Source of the DNA: an uncultured Candidatus Saccharibacteria bacterium
GTDB taxonomy: Bacteria; Patescibacteriota; UBA1384; 2-12-FULL-50-11
Assembly: GCA_964348645.1 (NCBI GenBank)
Contig: CAYGDK010000002.1
Location: 1-40,888 of the forward strand
Direction of reading: 5' to 3'
DNA: 40,888 nt
Position numbers and translations under genes: made by a program. Within the stretch, counting starts at the first letter, position 1; every line of letters starts with the position of its first letter. The notes under the pieces were generated by a model, which was given only the letters and a program-made list of their open reading frames with translations, was not told the DNA's origin and made no database searches. This document shows, one piece after another, positions 33,331 to 40,652 of this stretch.

Positions 33331-33456
33331 CTTTTAGCTTCTAATTGTGGGGGTCGACCTCATAAGTCGACCAAGCATGGCTCGGTGTTTTTAGAATCAT
33401 GCGATTATTTCAACTGCCCGAAGAATAATAGTATGAAACACCCCTACGATTAAAAG
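33331..33456 (-). ncRNA. Hairpin-dense leader preceding the tRNA-like elements
   Basis: GGTGTTT/AAACACC long-range helix; ATTATT-CTTCGG..-AATAAT; CCGAG-CCATG-CTTGG; perfect GGTCGAC-TTATGAG-GTCGACC. No ORF. Confidence 0.25.
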
Positions 33457-33759
33457 TTAAACAATCATATCTTCACCATAACTATTTCTAATTAAGGCTC
33501 TAAATGATTCTGCTTGACTTTCCTCTACCTCAAGAGCGTTTGCTTCAACAACTACTTCTCTTTTGATAGGTTCGCTTTTAACTTCAACCCTATTGATAGT
33601 AAAGCTTACTGGTTCTTTAACAAAGATTAAGACTTTCTTAACCTCTTTGGCTTTAACCTTTTTCTCTGGTTTTGCCGAAACAACAGCTTTAACTAATTTT
33701 TTTGCTGGTTTTACTACTACTTTTTTATTTGCTTTTTTTGCGTTTTTGTTTTTAGACAT
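33457..33759 (-). CDS. Lys-rich histone-H1-like/nucleic-acid-binding protein (100 aa)
   Basis: The N-terminal 45 aa are K/A/V-rich (KKANKKVVVKPAKKLVKAVVSAKPEKKVKAKEVKK). TAGAAT and a GGGGTGAG SD-like box lie upstream. Confidence 0.65.
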   Translation of the reverse strand: MSKNKNAKKANKKVVVKPAKKLVKAVVSAKPEKKVKAKEVKKVLIFVKEPVSFTINRVEVKSEPIKREVVVEANALEVEESQAESFRALIRNSYGEDMIV

Positions 33760-33789
33760 ATTTAACTCACCCCGATTCTATATTTAATT

Positions 33790-34578
33790 CTACTCTAAAA
33801 TGAAATGGCTAGTCAAAATCTTGTAGCCGTCTTTCATTATCTCAACCATGTGTTCAAACATGACCGAGTTTTTACCGTCTCTTGTCTTAATAGTCCAGCC
33901 GTCATTATCAAGTTTACCTATCCAGTCTTTATAACTAACATGTGGTTCAATACAGACAACTTGGCCAACTTTAAATACTGGAACAACTGCACCTTTCTTA
34001 AGTCTTGATTCAGTATCAAACATTGGGATCTTTGGGGATAGGTGCATTTCCTTACCTATTGTGTGACCTAGTAAAGCTTTGTTAACCATAAATCCGTTCT
34101 GGCGTAAATAAAGTTCAATAGCAATTCCAACCTCTGAGATTTTAACCCCAGCCTTTATTTTATCTATTCCAACATAGATTGCTCGTTTGGCATATCTAAT
34201 TAATCTTTCATCTCTTGAGCTTATATTACCAATACCAACTGTCAAAGCCGAATCTGCACAGTATCCTTTATACTTAATACCCACATCAATTTTTAATAGA
34301 TCTCCGTCTTTTAGCTTGTAATCACGTGGTATGCCGTGTGTTATCTGGTCATTTACTGATAAACACAAGACGTTAGGATATGGCTTTTGTGCCCACTCTG
34401 GTTTGTAGCCTTTATTTACAGAAGTTGCTTTGTGTTCTTTTAAAAATGATTCTGCGTAAGCCTCCAGATCCAAAAGATTATTGCCAACTTTGGCCATGTC
34501 TGCAAGTTCTCTTAATAACTTTGATACTAGGTCTGCGGATTCTTGCATAGTTTTTGGTTTTTTTGCGTAGGTTTGCAT
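33790..34578 (-). CDS. map: Type I methionine aminopeptidase (M24A)
   Basis: All five metal ligands sit in context: KIDVGIKYKGYCADSA (D,D), LGHTIG (H), CIEPH (E), MFEHMV (E). Trimmed to ATG 34578 (262 aa). Confidence 0.85.
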   Translation of the reverse strand: MQTYAKKPKTMQESADLVSKLLRELADMAKVGNNLLDLEAYAESFLKEHKATSVNKGYKPEWAQKPYPNVLCLSVNDQITHGIPRDYKLKDGDLLKIDVGIKYKGYCADSALTVGIGNISSRDERLIRYAKRAIYVGIDKIKAGVKISEVGIAIELYLRQNGFMVNKALLGHTIGKEMHLSPKIPMFDTESRLKKGAVVPVFKVGQVVCIEPHVSYKDWIGKLDNDGWTIKTRDGKNSVMFEHMVEIMKDGYKILTSHFILE

Positions 34579-34582
34579 AGGT

Positions 34583-34771
34583 TTAGTAGTTTGTATTATT
34601 AATATCAACCTCTTTGTTTAGTTGATCGTAACACCCTTTTGTATAGGCTTTTCTTATTTCGTCCTTAATAAAATCTAACAACTCAACCCTTTTTGTGCCA
34701 ACAATTCTGGATTGGTTGCCAAAACCCATGTATTCAAATTTTTCTCTCCAACTGATTTCTTTTGCTTTCAT
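34583..34771 (-). CDS. Hypothetical protein (62 aa)
   Basis: Track ORF with an ATGA overlap. Confidence 0.55.
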   Translation of the reverse strand: MKAKEISWREKFEYMGFGNQSRIVGTKRVELLDFIKDEIRKAYTKGCYDQLNKEVDINNTNY

Positions 34772-35229
34772 TTTAGTTTTTCTATTACAAATTTTTTAAA
34801 GTCGTCGGTCATAAACGATTTGTTTGTTTTGTCATGTACTGCAAACCACAATTCTATTATATCCTCTAATCTATCAATTAAGTCTTTTTTAATACTGATA
34901 GATAATGAGACTACTTCTATTTCTCTAACCATTCCAATTATTTTACTGGCAACATCAATTGTATTGTCTCTGTTGTCGTACCACTTCCATATTTCCATTT
35001 GAATTAACTGGCTCAAATTAGCTTGTTCTACTGCCTTTATTACTACTTCCTCACTTGGAAGCGATGGCTTTGCGTCTTTAGTTTCTATCTCCGTTTTCTC
35101 TGGATCGTATACTTCACCATCTTTAAACTCAACACCATAGTGATGTGATCCAAAGTAATCATCACGCCAAGTTGCATACTCCCATTTTCCGTTTTTGGGA
35201 TTCTTGGACATTTTCATATAAGTACTCAT
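34768..35229 (-). CDS. Hypothetical protein (153 aa)
   Basis: Track ORF. Confidence 0.65.
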   Translation of the reverse strand: MSTYMKMSKNPKNGKWEYATWRDDYFGSHHYGVEFKDGEVYDPEKTEIETKDAKPSLPSEEVVIKAVEQANLSQLIQMEIWKWYDNRDNTIDVASKIIGMVREIEVVSLSISIKKDLIDRLEDIIELWFAVHDKTNKSFMTDDFKKFVIEKLK

Positions 35230-35678
35230 TCCACAACCCCCTCTTCTAGTTGAAACCCTTTATTATCCATGACCTCAAAAAATGTTTTACCGTTTCTATC
35301 TACAGCGTATGGCAAAAATACCTCTTCTACTTTTACTTGCTCAGTATCAATAAGTGCCATTTGTGCGTCTAACCAGTCACGGATATTAGCCCAAGCTGTC
35401 CTGTATGCTTGATCTTTTTGGTCTTGAGTTAAGGGTGTAGGTTTTTGCCAATCATAGCGTGGTTTTTTATTGGCCAAAAATAGTTGCTCAACTTTTTCAA
35501 TTCTGGCAGGTAGTTGGAAAACTACATTGTTACCTTTAACTTCTAGTATGAAGCTCAAACTTTTTATTCTACCCTGCTCATCATAATCAAATAAAATAGA
35601 TTTTGCTTTGTGTGCAATTAAAATCTTCTGAATCTTTTCAAAAGTGGTGCTTGAGTTGCTTGTGTAATTCTTAATCAT
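35226..35678 (-). CDS. Hypothetical protein (150 aa)
   Basis: Track ORF. Confidence 0.65.
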   Translation of the reverse strand: MIKNYTSNSSTTFEKIQKILIAHKAKSILFDYDEQGRIKSLSFILEVKGNNVVFQLPARIEKVEQLFLANKKPRYDWQKPTPLTQDQKDQAYRTAWANIRDWLDAQMALIDTEQVKVEEVFLPYAVDRNGKTFFEVMDNKGFQLEEGVVE

Positions 35679-36013
35679 TTCGTTAATAGGCTATATCCTG
35701 TCTCTGGGTGAAACACACCAGCATTTGGTTTGTAACTGCAAATTTCTTTTTTAGGTATGTTTCTTTCAAAGTCTTCTTCTGAGCTGTTAATGTCATACAT
35801 TAAACAGACACATCTTTTCTCTTGAAATTCGTCGGAACTTCTTAAGTCCTGTTCAAGTCTTTTGACATCACCCTCAAACTTATCTGCTATTTTAGATTTT
35901 TCTTGATAGGCCGTATTATATTTATTTAAAGTCAAAACCAAGATTTTGTAGTTTAACAGCGTAAACAAACTTAAAATCATAACAAGTAGTATTGTCTGTG
36001 TAGTATTTCTCAT
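35675..36013 (-). CDS. N-terminally membrane-anchored protein (112 aa)
   Basis: Track ORF trimmed to the ATG at 36013, which forms an ATGA overlap. Confidence 0.6.
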   Translation of the reverse strand: MRNTTQTILLVMILSLFTLLNYKILVLTLNKYNTAYQEKSKIADKFEGDVKRLEQDLRSSDEFQEKRCVCLMYDINSSEEDFERNIPKKEICSYKPNAGVFHPETGYSLLTK

Positions 36014-36219
36014 TTTGATCTTTTCCATTGAACCTCTTCCTCGTAACTAAAAAGTAAAATTTCATCTCTACATCTGGCTTGGATCGCTCCATATTGATAA
36101 TCCCTAAATGTATAATATAGACACTCTTTTGGTTTGGAGTTTAATTTAAAAATTAAGACACCAACTAAAACTGTGAGCATTATCACAAGTACTAAAAGAT
36201 AATTGTTTATATTTCTCAT
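36010..36219 (-). CDS. Small membrane protein (69 aa)
   Basis: Track ORF with an N-terminal TM segment. Confidence 0.55.
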   Translation of the reverse strand: MRNINNYLLVLVIMLTVLVGVLIFKLNSKPKECLYYTFRDYQYGAIQARCRDEILLFSYEEEVQWKRSK

Positions 36220-36395
36220 TTATCAAGTTCTTTCCATATCTCTATTAATAAAAAGGTTATAAACATTGGCCAAAAGAAAACACCCAAAAGAACATTCCTA
36301 AACATTTCCCACCTTGTGTCTTTTTCAAACTCTTCTGCCATTGAGAGATAAAAGCCGAGTGTAACCATTACACCTATTACAATATAGATAATCAT
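36216..36395 (-). CDS. Small two-TM protein (59 aa)
   Basis: Hand translation MIIYIVIGVMVTLGFYLSMAEEFEKDTRWEMFRNVLLGVFFWPMFITFLLIEIWKELDK. ATGA overlaps at both ends. Confidence 0.5.
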   Translation of the reverse strand: MIIYIVIGVMVTLGFYLSMAEEFEKDTRWEMFRNVLLGVFFWPMFITFLLIEIWKELDK

Positions 36396-36706
36396 TTCTT
36401 TGATCCTTTCTTTACTTTAAGCTTGGAGTATCTTCTAAACTTAATCGTTTTTTCTTTTTTGTCGTTTTCTCTTTCAATTATTTCTTTGTATTTAGAGTCT
36501 CCACATCTTTTGCACTCGTGAGTTTTAATTTCGTTTTGTCTACCAAACATTGAAAACGTATAATAGTGATCTAAAAAGTTATTTGATTTTTCTTTGTATT
36601 CAACCCAGACGTGACCCTTTCTTTCACAAGTCCATTCATTGAAGAGTTGACGTAAGTCTCTGAGACCCCTTGCCAAATTGAATTTGAAAACAAATTTTAT
36701 TATCAT
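36392..36706 (-). CDS. Hypothetical Cys/His-containing protein (104 aa)
   Basis: Track ORF with ..HECKRCGDSKY.. Confidence 0.6.
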   Translation of the reverse strand: MIIKFVFKFNLARGLRDLRQLFNEWTCERKGHVWVEYKEKSNNFLDHYYTFSMFGRQNEIKTHECKRCGDSKYKEIIERENDKKEKTIKFRRYSKLKVKKGSKK

Positions 36707-36837
36707 AGCATTATTCTAACACCTATCATCAAGCCCAATAAAAATCCAAGAATCATTACACCTTTGTGGTTTCTAACTTCGTTTCTAAATTGTCTACCTA
36801 GTACCTTTAATTCAAGTGATTCGTTTCGATATGTCAT
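36703..36837 (-). CDS. 44-aa single-TM micro-protein
   Basis: Hand translation MTYRNESLELKVLGRQFRNEVRNHKGVMILGFLLGLMIGVRIML. The ATG is 6 nt from the TAGAAT -10. Confidence 0.45.
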   Translation of the reverse strand: MTYRNESLELKVLGRQFRNEVRNHKGVMILGFLLGLMIGVRIML

Positions 36838-36843
36838 AATTTA

Positions 36844-36871
36844 ATTCTAGTGCATTTATCCCCCTAGTCAA
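36844..36871 (-). promoter_or_regulatory. Early promoter, family copy 2: TTGACT-N16-TAGAAT
   Basis: Minus strand reads TTTGATATACAAAGATAGAGTTGACTAGGGGGATAAATGCACTAGAATTAAATTATG. Confidence 0.55.
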
Positions 36872-36896
36872 CTCTATCTTTGTATATCAAATATGG

Positions 36897-37085
36897 TCAT
36901 TTAATAACAGGATACTTTTGCCCGTATATTATAGTAGTCCCAGCTTCTAAAATTCTTCTGGCGGTTTCATCATTATGTTTTGTCACACACTCAATAGCTT
37001 GAAACCTACGCTCGTATCTAGTTAAACAACCAGTACAAAGCCATCTCTTCTCAACCAATTTAACTTTTACCTGTTTAACTCTCAT
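36897..37085 (-). CDS. Zn-binding micro-protein (62 aa)
   Basis: Track ORF trimmed to MRVKQVK. Contains CTGC..ECVTKH. Confidence 0.5.
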   Translation of the reverse strand: MRVKQVKVKLVEKRWLCTGCLTRYERRFQAIECVTKHNDETARRILEAGTTIIYGQKYPVIK

Positions 37086-37275
37086 ATCTACCCTCCCAAA
37101 TAAAGTCACCTATTTTGTTTACTTTTAAAGACCTGTCTTTATATACAAGTTCGGATATAAAGTTGACAACCAACATGACAACTTCCATTGCGGAGTTCAC
37201 AACCTTAAATCTAGCCACCCAAAAGAACCTGTGTGTTTTTCTAAAAAACCCGCGTTCTTGATAGGTTGATTTCAT
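37075..37275 (-). CDS. Hypothetical protein (66 aa)
   Basis: Track ORF. Confidence 0.5.
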   Translation of the reverse strand: MKSTYQERGFFRKTHRFFWVARFKVVNSAMEVVMLVVNFISELVYKDRSLKVNKIGDFIWEGRYES

Positions 37276-37448
37276 TTTATTTTAAAAAACATCTCGTCTT
37301 CACCATTGTATCTAACTGCCATGTCGTCCCCAGAGACAACATTTTTTAAAACACTTGCCATCAATCTGGCATCTCTTTGCGAAATTTCTATTATTGTCGT
37401 CCTAAAATATCCAAAAAATCTTGCAAACCTGTAAAAAAGTATTTTCAT
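37272..37448 (-). CDS. 58-aa micro-protein
   Basis: Hand translation MKILFYRFARFFGYFRTTIIEISQRDARLMASVLKNVVSGDDMAVRYNGEDEMFFKIK. ATGA overlaps at both ends. Confidence 0.45.
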   Translation of the reverse strand: MKILFYRFARFFGYFRTTIIEISQRDARLMASVLKNVVSGDDMAVRYNGEDEMFFKIK

Positions 37449-37579
37449 TTTTTATTAATTATAGCTTTCTCTCTTTTTGCTCTGCACTTAACACATTCCT
37501 TGAGTTCTTTTAATTTCATAAAGTCCGCTTCTGTTTGTCTTAAGTCTTCTTTGCAGTTAGGGCAAAATGGTTTTGGCAT
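37445..37579 (-). CDS. 44-aa Zn-ribbon micro-protein
   Basis: Hand translation MPKPFCPNCKEDLRQTEADFMKLKELKECVKCRAKREKAIINKK. Confidence 0.45.
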   Translation of the reverse strand: MPKPFCPNCKEDLRQTEADFMKLKELKECVKCRAKREKAIINKK

Positions 37580-37580
37580 A

Positions 37581-37718
37581 TTATAAATCTCTAATTCCTA
37601 GATACAAAAGAAATAGTGTAATTGCTATCATGGCCACAAAGAATGTGGAAACTACCATCGCAACTAAAATTAGTTGGCCTGTTGCTATTAATTTTTCTGC
37701 TAGAATTATTTCGTTCAT
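37581..37718 (-). CDS. 45-aa single-TM micro-protein
   Basis: Hand translation MNEIILAEKLIATGQLILVAMVVSTFFVAMIAITLFLLYLGIRDL. ATGA overlap with the upstream stop. Confidence 0.45.
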   Translation of the reverse strand: MNEIILAEKLIATGQLILVAMVVSTFFVAMIAITLFLLYLGIRDL

Positions 37719-38155
37719 AATAGTGTTTTTTGTGTTGGTGTAAATACATCATAGTCAAAATTCTGTTCCCAGTAAACTGCGTCTCTCATAACTTCTGTTA
37801 TATTAATATCCTCTTCTGAGTGGCCTACAACATGATTTCTAAAGGTTTGAACTCTTGTTGGTACTCTTGCACCCTTAAGAAAACTTGCACCTTTTTGCGT
37901 AATCAACCAGTAACCCCTTTGAACTTCACCCTCTTCTTTAACTTTGGCTATCATTCCATGAAATCGTAATTTAGTCATGTTCATGTGTTCTACTGTGGTT
38001 AATTGCAATTCGTGGTATGGATTAATTGAGTTTTCTTTTTTGTCGGATATTCCTTTGTAGATTTTAATCAAGGTTCTAACAAGCCCCTGAGATAGGCCGT
38101 GCCAGTATTTTTTGCACCTAGCACCACAAGCTTCGCAGTATACTTCGTTATTCAT
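37715..38155 (-). CDS. Putative DNA-binding protein (N-terminal CxxC, winged-helix-like), 146 aa
   Basis: Track ORF. CEACGARC, then a basic helical region. Function is inferred only weakly. Confidence 0.6.
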   Translation of the reverse strand: MNNEVYCEACGARCKKYWHGLSQGLVRTLIKIYKGISDKKENSINPYHELQLTTVEHMNMTKLRFHGMIAKVKEEGEVQRGYWLITQKGASFLKGARVPTRVQTFRNHVVGHSEEDINITEVMRDAVYWEQNFDYDVFTPTQKTLL

Positions 38156-38733
38156 TTTTGTAATTCTCCTTTTTCGTCTGTTGTCTGTGGCATTAGTATT
38201 GATGTTATCTCTTCATCAAAGTTTTTAAACTTAATAGGATTTTTACTTCCGCTCATGTGAACACTAACATCGCTATAACCAAGCTTTATGTGCGATCTGG
38301 CAATACTCATTAATAACTTTGCAGATACTTTTACTATGTATTCTGGATCTTTTATATTACTTATGGCTTTTTTGTAATCTGGAAACTCGCCGTGATCTGG
38401 AGAACCGACCTTAATAGTAGCACCAAAAGTTCTGTAAAATATCTCGTCGTTTATTTTTTCAACTGTTACAAATTCAGAATCCCTTTTAAGATAGAGCTTT
38501 GCAATGTTTAAATCTTCGTATGAAAAATAGAAACTAAATGTATCTTTTTCTGTCAACTCAACCTCAATACTTCCTAAAACAAAACCGCTTGTGGCGACTA
38601 ATCTCGCAAATCTTTTACCCTCAAATTCTCTGAGAGTGTCTAAATCTAAATATAGTTGCTCCAAAACAGGTCTTGCTGGATCGTCTGTTATATAAGACTT
38701 AAAAAATTCAATTTGTTTTTTTGTAATAATCAT
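38152..38733 (-). CDS. Short DnaN (beta sliding clamp)-like protein (193 aa)
   Basis: RLVATSGFVLG (compare ATDGHRLA), GEFPDYKKAI (compare GRFPDYRRVLP) about 70 aa later, and a C-terminal ILMP (compare VVMPMRL). Confidence 0.6.
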   Translation of the reverse strand: MIITKKQIEFFKSYITDDPARPVLEQLYLDLDTLREFEGKRFARLVATSGFVLGSIEVELTEKDTFSFYFSYEDLNIAKLYLKRDSEFVTVEKINDEIFYRTFGATIKVGSPDHGEFPDYKKAISNIKDPEYIVKVSAKLLMSIARSHIKLGYSDVSVHMSGSKNPIKFKNFDEEITSILMPQTTDEKGELQK

Positions 38734-38903
38734 TTTTTTGTTTTTTCTTCCGAGTATTCAACTGATACTGCGTCAACGTTTCCAATGCTATCATTCCAAA
38801 TTAAAAGCTTTCTTATTCTCTCGCCCCCAAAGTAAATCGTTCTTATGGCTTTATTCCTAAACCTTTTGCTTGTATCTATTGTAAAATCAATTCTTTTTGA
38901 CAT
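38730..38903 (-). CDS. 57-aa micro-protein
   Basis: Hand translation MSKRIDFTIDTSKRFRNKAIRTIYFGGERIRKLLIWNDSIGNVDAVSVEYSEEKTKK. ATGA overlap. Confidence 0.45.
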   Translation of the reverse strand: MSKRIDFTIDTSKRFRNKAIRTIYFGGERIRKLLIWNDSIGNVDAVSVEYSEEKTKK

Positions 38904-39027
38904 TTTTATTCTTTTTAACCTTTTTAACTAGCTCCAAATTGTCATGTTCAAAATCTGCAATATCATCATCTAATAACATAAAGTTCTCTGGGTGATAATG
39001 TTTTTCTAATTCGTAATCGTAATTCAT
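38887..39027 (-). CDS. 46-aa acidic micro-protein
   Basis: Hand translation MNYDYELEKHYHPENFMLLDDDIADFEHDNLELVKKVKKNKNVKKN. Confidence 0.4.
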   Translation of the reverse strand: MNYDYELEKHYHPENFMLLDDDIADFEHDNLELVKKVKKNKNVKKN

Positions 39028-39105
39028 ATCAAGTCCTCCATTTTGTAATTATCTTCCTCTAACCAACTAATTAATAATTTGTAAAACTTTTGCATATCTA
39101 GTTTT

Positions 39106-39133
39106 AGTATACCCCATTACTACCCCATGTCAA
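39106..39133 (-). promoter_or_regulatory. Early promoter, family copy 3: TTGACA-N16-TATACT
   Basis: Minus strand reads AAAGATACAGTTGACATGGGGTAGTAATGGGGTATACT. A second TTGACA lies 19 nt upstream. Confidence 0.55.
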
Positions 39134-39143
39134 CTGTATCTTT

Positions 39144-39350
39144 CTATGTCAATTTAGGATTGTATGTTTTCTTGTTATAAAAACCACCACGATACACTCC
39201 CTCTATAAAGTCTTTAAATTGTCTTTTAGATCCCTCAAAAACAAACTCTGGTATTTCATATGTTGCGTTACCTCTTTCAACCATTGCCTCGCTCTTTGTT
39301 TTAAATGGCGTCCAACCTACTGAATAAGCTGTATAAAATTTAAATTTCAT
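39144..39350 (-). CDS. Hypothetical protein (68 aa)
   Basis: Track ORF. Confidence 0.55.
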   Translation of the reverse strand: MKFKFYTAYSVGWTPFKTKSEAMVERGNATYEIPEFVFEGSKRQFKDFIEGVYRGGFYNKKTYNPKLT

Positions 39351-39756
39351 TTTTGGGTATCATTTTAACAGCCTCTTTAATTGGAAAAAACTTTACATCA
39401 GTAAGCCAATTCATAAATCCGTTCTGGGTTACTTTGTATGGTGAATAATAAATTGGAGGCCACAACAACATGTAACTATGGAATCCTGTTAACGGATATG
39501 ATTCAAAGTATTCATCGTTTGGATCTTTTTTGCCTATCTTCTGCCACCAATGAAGTTTTTCAAATTTGTCTATTTTTCTGTCGTGGGCTTTTTTTGCTTT
39601 TTCGTATCTCTCTTTGCGAGACAGTTCTAATTTTTCCAACTTCTTTCGTTGGTCAATAAAGTCTTTAAAGTCCTTTCGATATTTCTCTGTGTAGGGTTTG
39701 TTTTGTTCTTCAACCCACATTCTATATTGTCCCCACAGTTTTGCTTGTTCTTCCAT
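39340..39756 (-). CDS. Hypothetical protein (138 aa)
   Basis: Track ORF. Confidence 0.65.
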   Translation of the reverse strand: MEEQAKLWGQYRMWVEEQNKPYTEKYRKDFKDFIDQRKKLEKLELSRKERYEKAKKAHDRKIDKFEKLHWWQKIGKKDPNDEYFESYPLTGFHSYMLLWPPIYYSPYKVTQNGFMNWLTDVKFFPIKEAVKMIPKNEI

Positions 39757-39758
39757 AT

Positions 39759-39941
39759 TTATTTTAAAAGTAAATACTCCCCAGATTCTTTTATCTTATA
39801 TTTGGCCAAGATCTTTACACCGTGCAGTTCTCCAATAGGCATATAAACTGTTTTTGAATCAGTATATCTAGCCGAGATAAAGCTTGGATCTCCCAGATCG
39901 TTTTGTATCTGTTTTCTTGTATGTATTTCTACTTTTTTCAT
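39759..39941 (-). CDS. Hypothetical protein (60 aa)
   Basis: Track ORF. Confidence 0.5.
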   Translation of the reverse strand: MKKVEIHTRKQIQNDLGDPSFISARYTDSKTVYMPIGELHGVKILAKYKIKESGEYLLLK

Positions 39942-40078
39942 TTTTTAAATGGGTTAATTTTTGATGGTATTCCTTTTGGTACTTTGTAAAACTTACCAAA
40001 GCAAATTCCACACCAGTTGCCACTAATTCGCCCCGTAATTATATTTGATGTTTTTCCACATTTGTCGCATTTGTGCAT
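39938..40078 (-). CDS. 46-aa Zn-ribbon micro-protein
   Basis: Hand translation MHKCDKCGKTSNIITGRISGNWCGICFGKFYKVPKGIPSKINPFKK. ATGA overlap with the next gene. Confidence 0.45.
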   Translation of the reverse strand: MHKCDKCGKTSNIITGRISGNWCGICFGKFYKVPKGIPSKINPFKK

Positions 40079-40081
40079 ATT

Positions 40082-40651
40082 TTAAAGGTTTTTGCTTCCG
40101 TTAGATTCTCTATAGTTAAACTTTCTGTGGGGAAGAACTTTATTAAGAACAAAAAAACAATCCTCATCACTATAAAATTTGAGAAAATCGTCCTGTAATT
40201 CTTTAACACTCTTTCTCAGTCCTTTGTAGTTTTGACACCTATCACTAATTAAACCTTTTAAATCTTCACTCCACAATATCTCCATTACCTTATTAATTGA
40301 TAATCTCCACTCTACTTTTTGATCCTCAAATACCCATTCGCGACCATTTTCTAAATCTTCCACCGCATGAAGTCCAACAGCCACCCCCATATTTCTTAAC
40401 TTCGCAATTTTACTTACTGGGGCGACTATATACATTTTAGTAAAAAGGCCTATTGCGTTTGAAATTTGAGATGGTAATCTTGAAAAATTATCTTTGTCTG
40501 TTTTTATTTCATAATAATAGAAGTAGTTATCTCCAAGAATAACAAAGTCCCTCCGCGAAGAACCACCAGAACTATTAAACTCTGTTTGTTGGAAGTTCCC
40601 AACACCCTTAAACTTATCCTTTAACATTTGCTTGATTGATTCCTCTGTCAT
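40082..40651 (-). CDS. MmcB-like PD-(D/E)XK nuclease-fold protein (189 aa)
   Basis: RRDFVILGDNYFYYYEIKTDKDNF gives a D..E-x-K arrangement like the MmcB/DUF1052 family. Confidence 0.55.
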   Translation of the reverse strand: MTEESIKQMLKDKFKGVGNFQQTEFNSSGGSSRRDFVILGDNYFYYYEIKTDKDNFSRLPSQISNAIGLFTKMYIVAPVSKIAKLRNMGVAVGLHAVEDLENGREWVFEDQKVEWRLSINKVMEILWSEDLKGLISDRCQNYKGLRKSVKELQDDFLKFYSDEDCFFVLNKVLPHRKFNYRESNGSKNL

Positions 40652-40652
40652 A

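Noticed and set aside
33357-33377. Plus-strand reading of GGTCGAC-CTCATAA-GTCGACC as a CAT (Met/Ile) anticodon arm
   Set aside because: No acceptor, D or T arms could be built around it on the plus strand. It is treated as a hairpin within the minus-strand leader.
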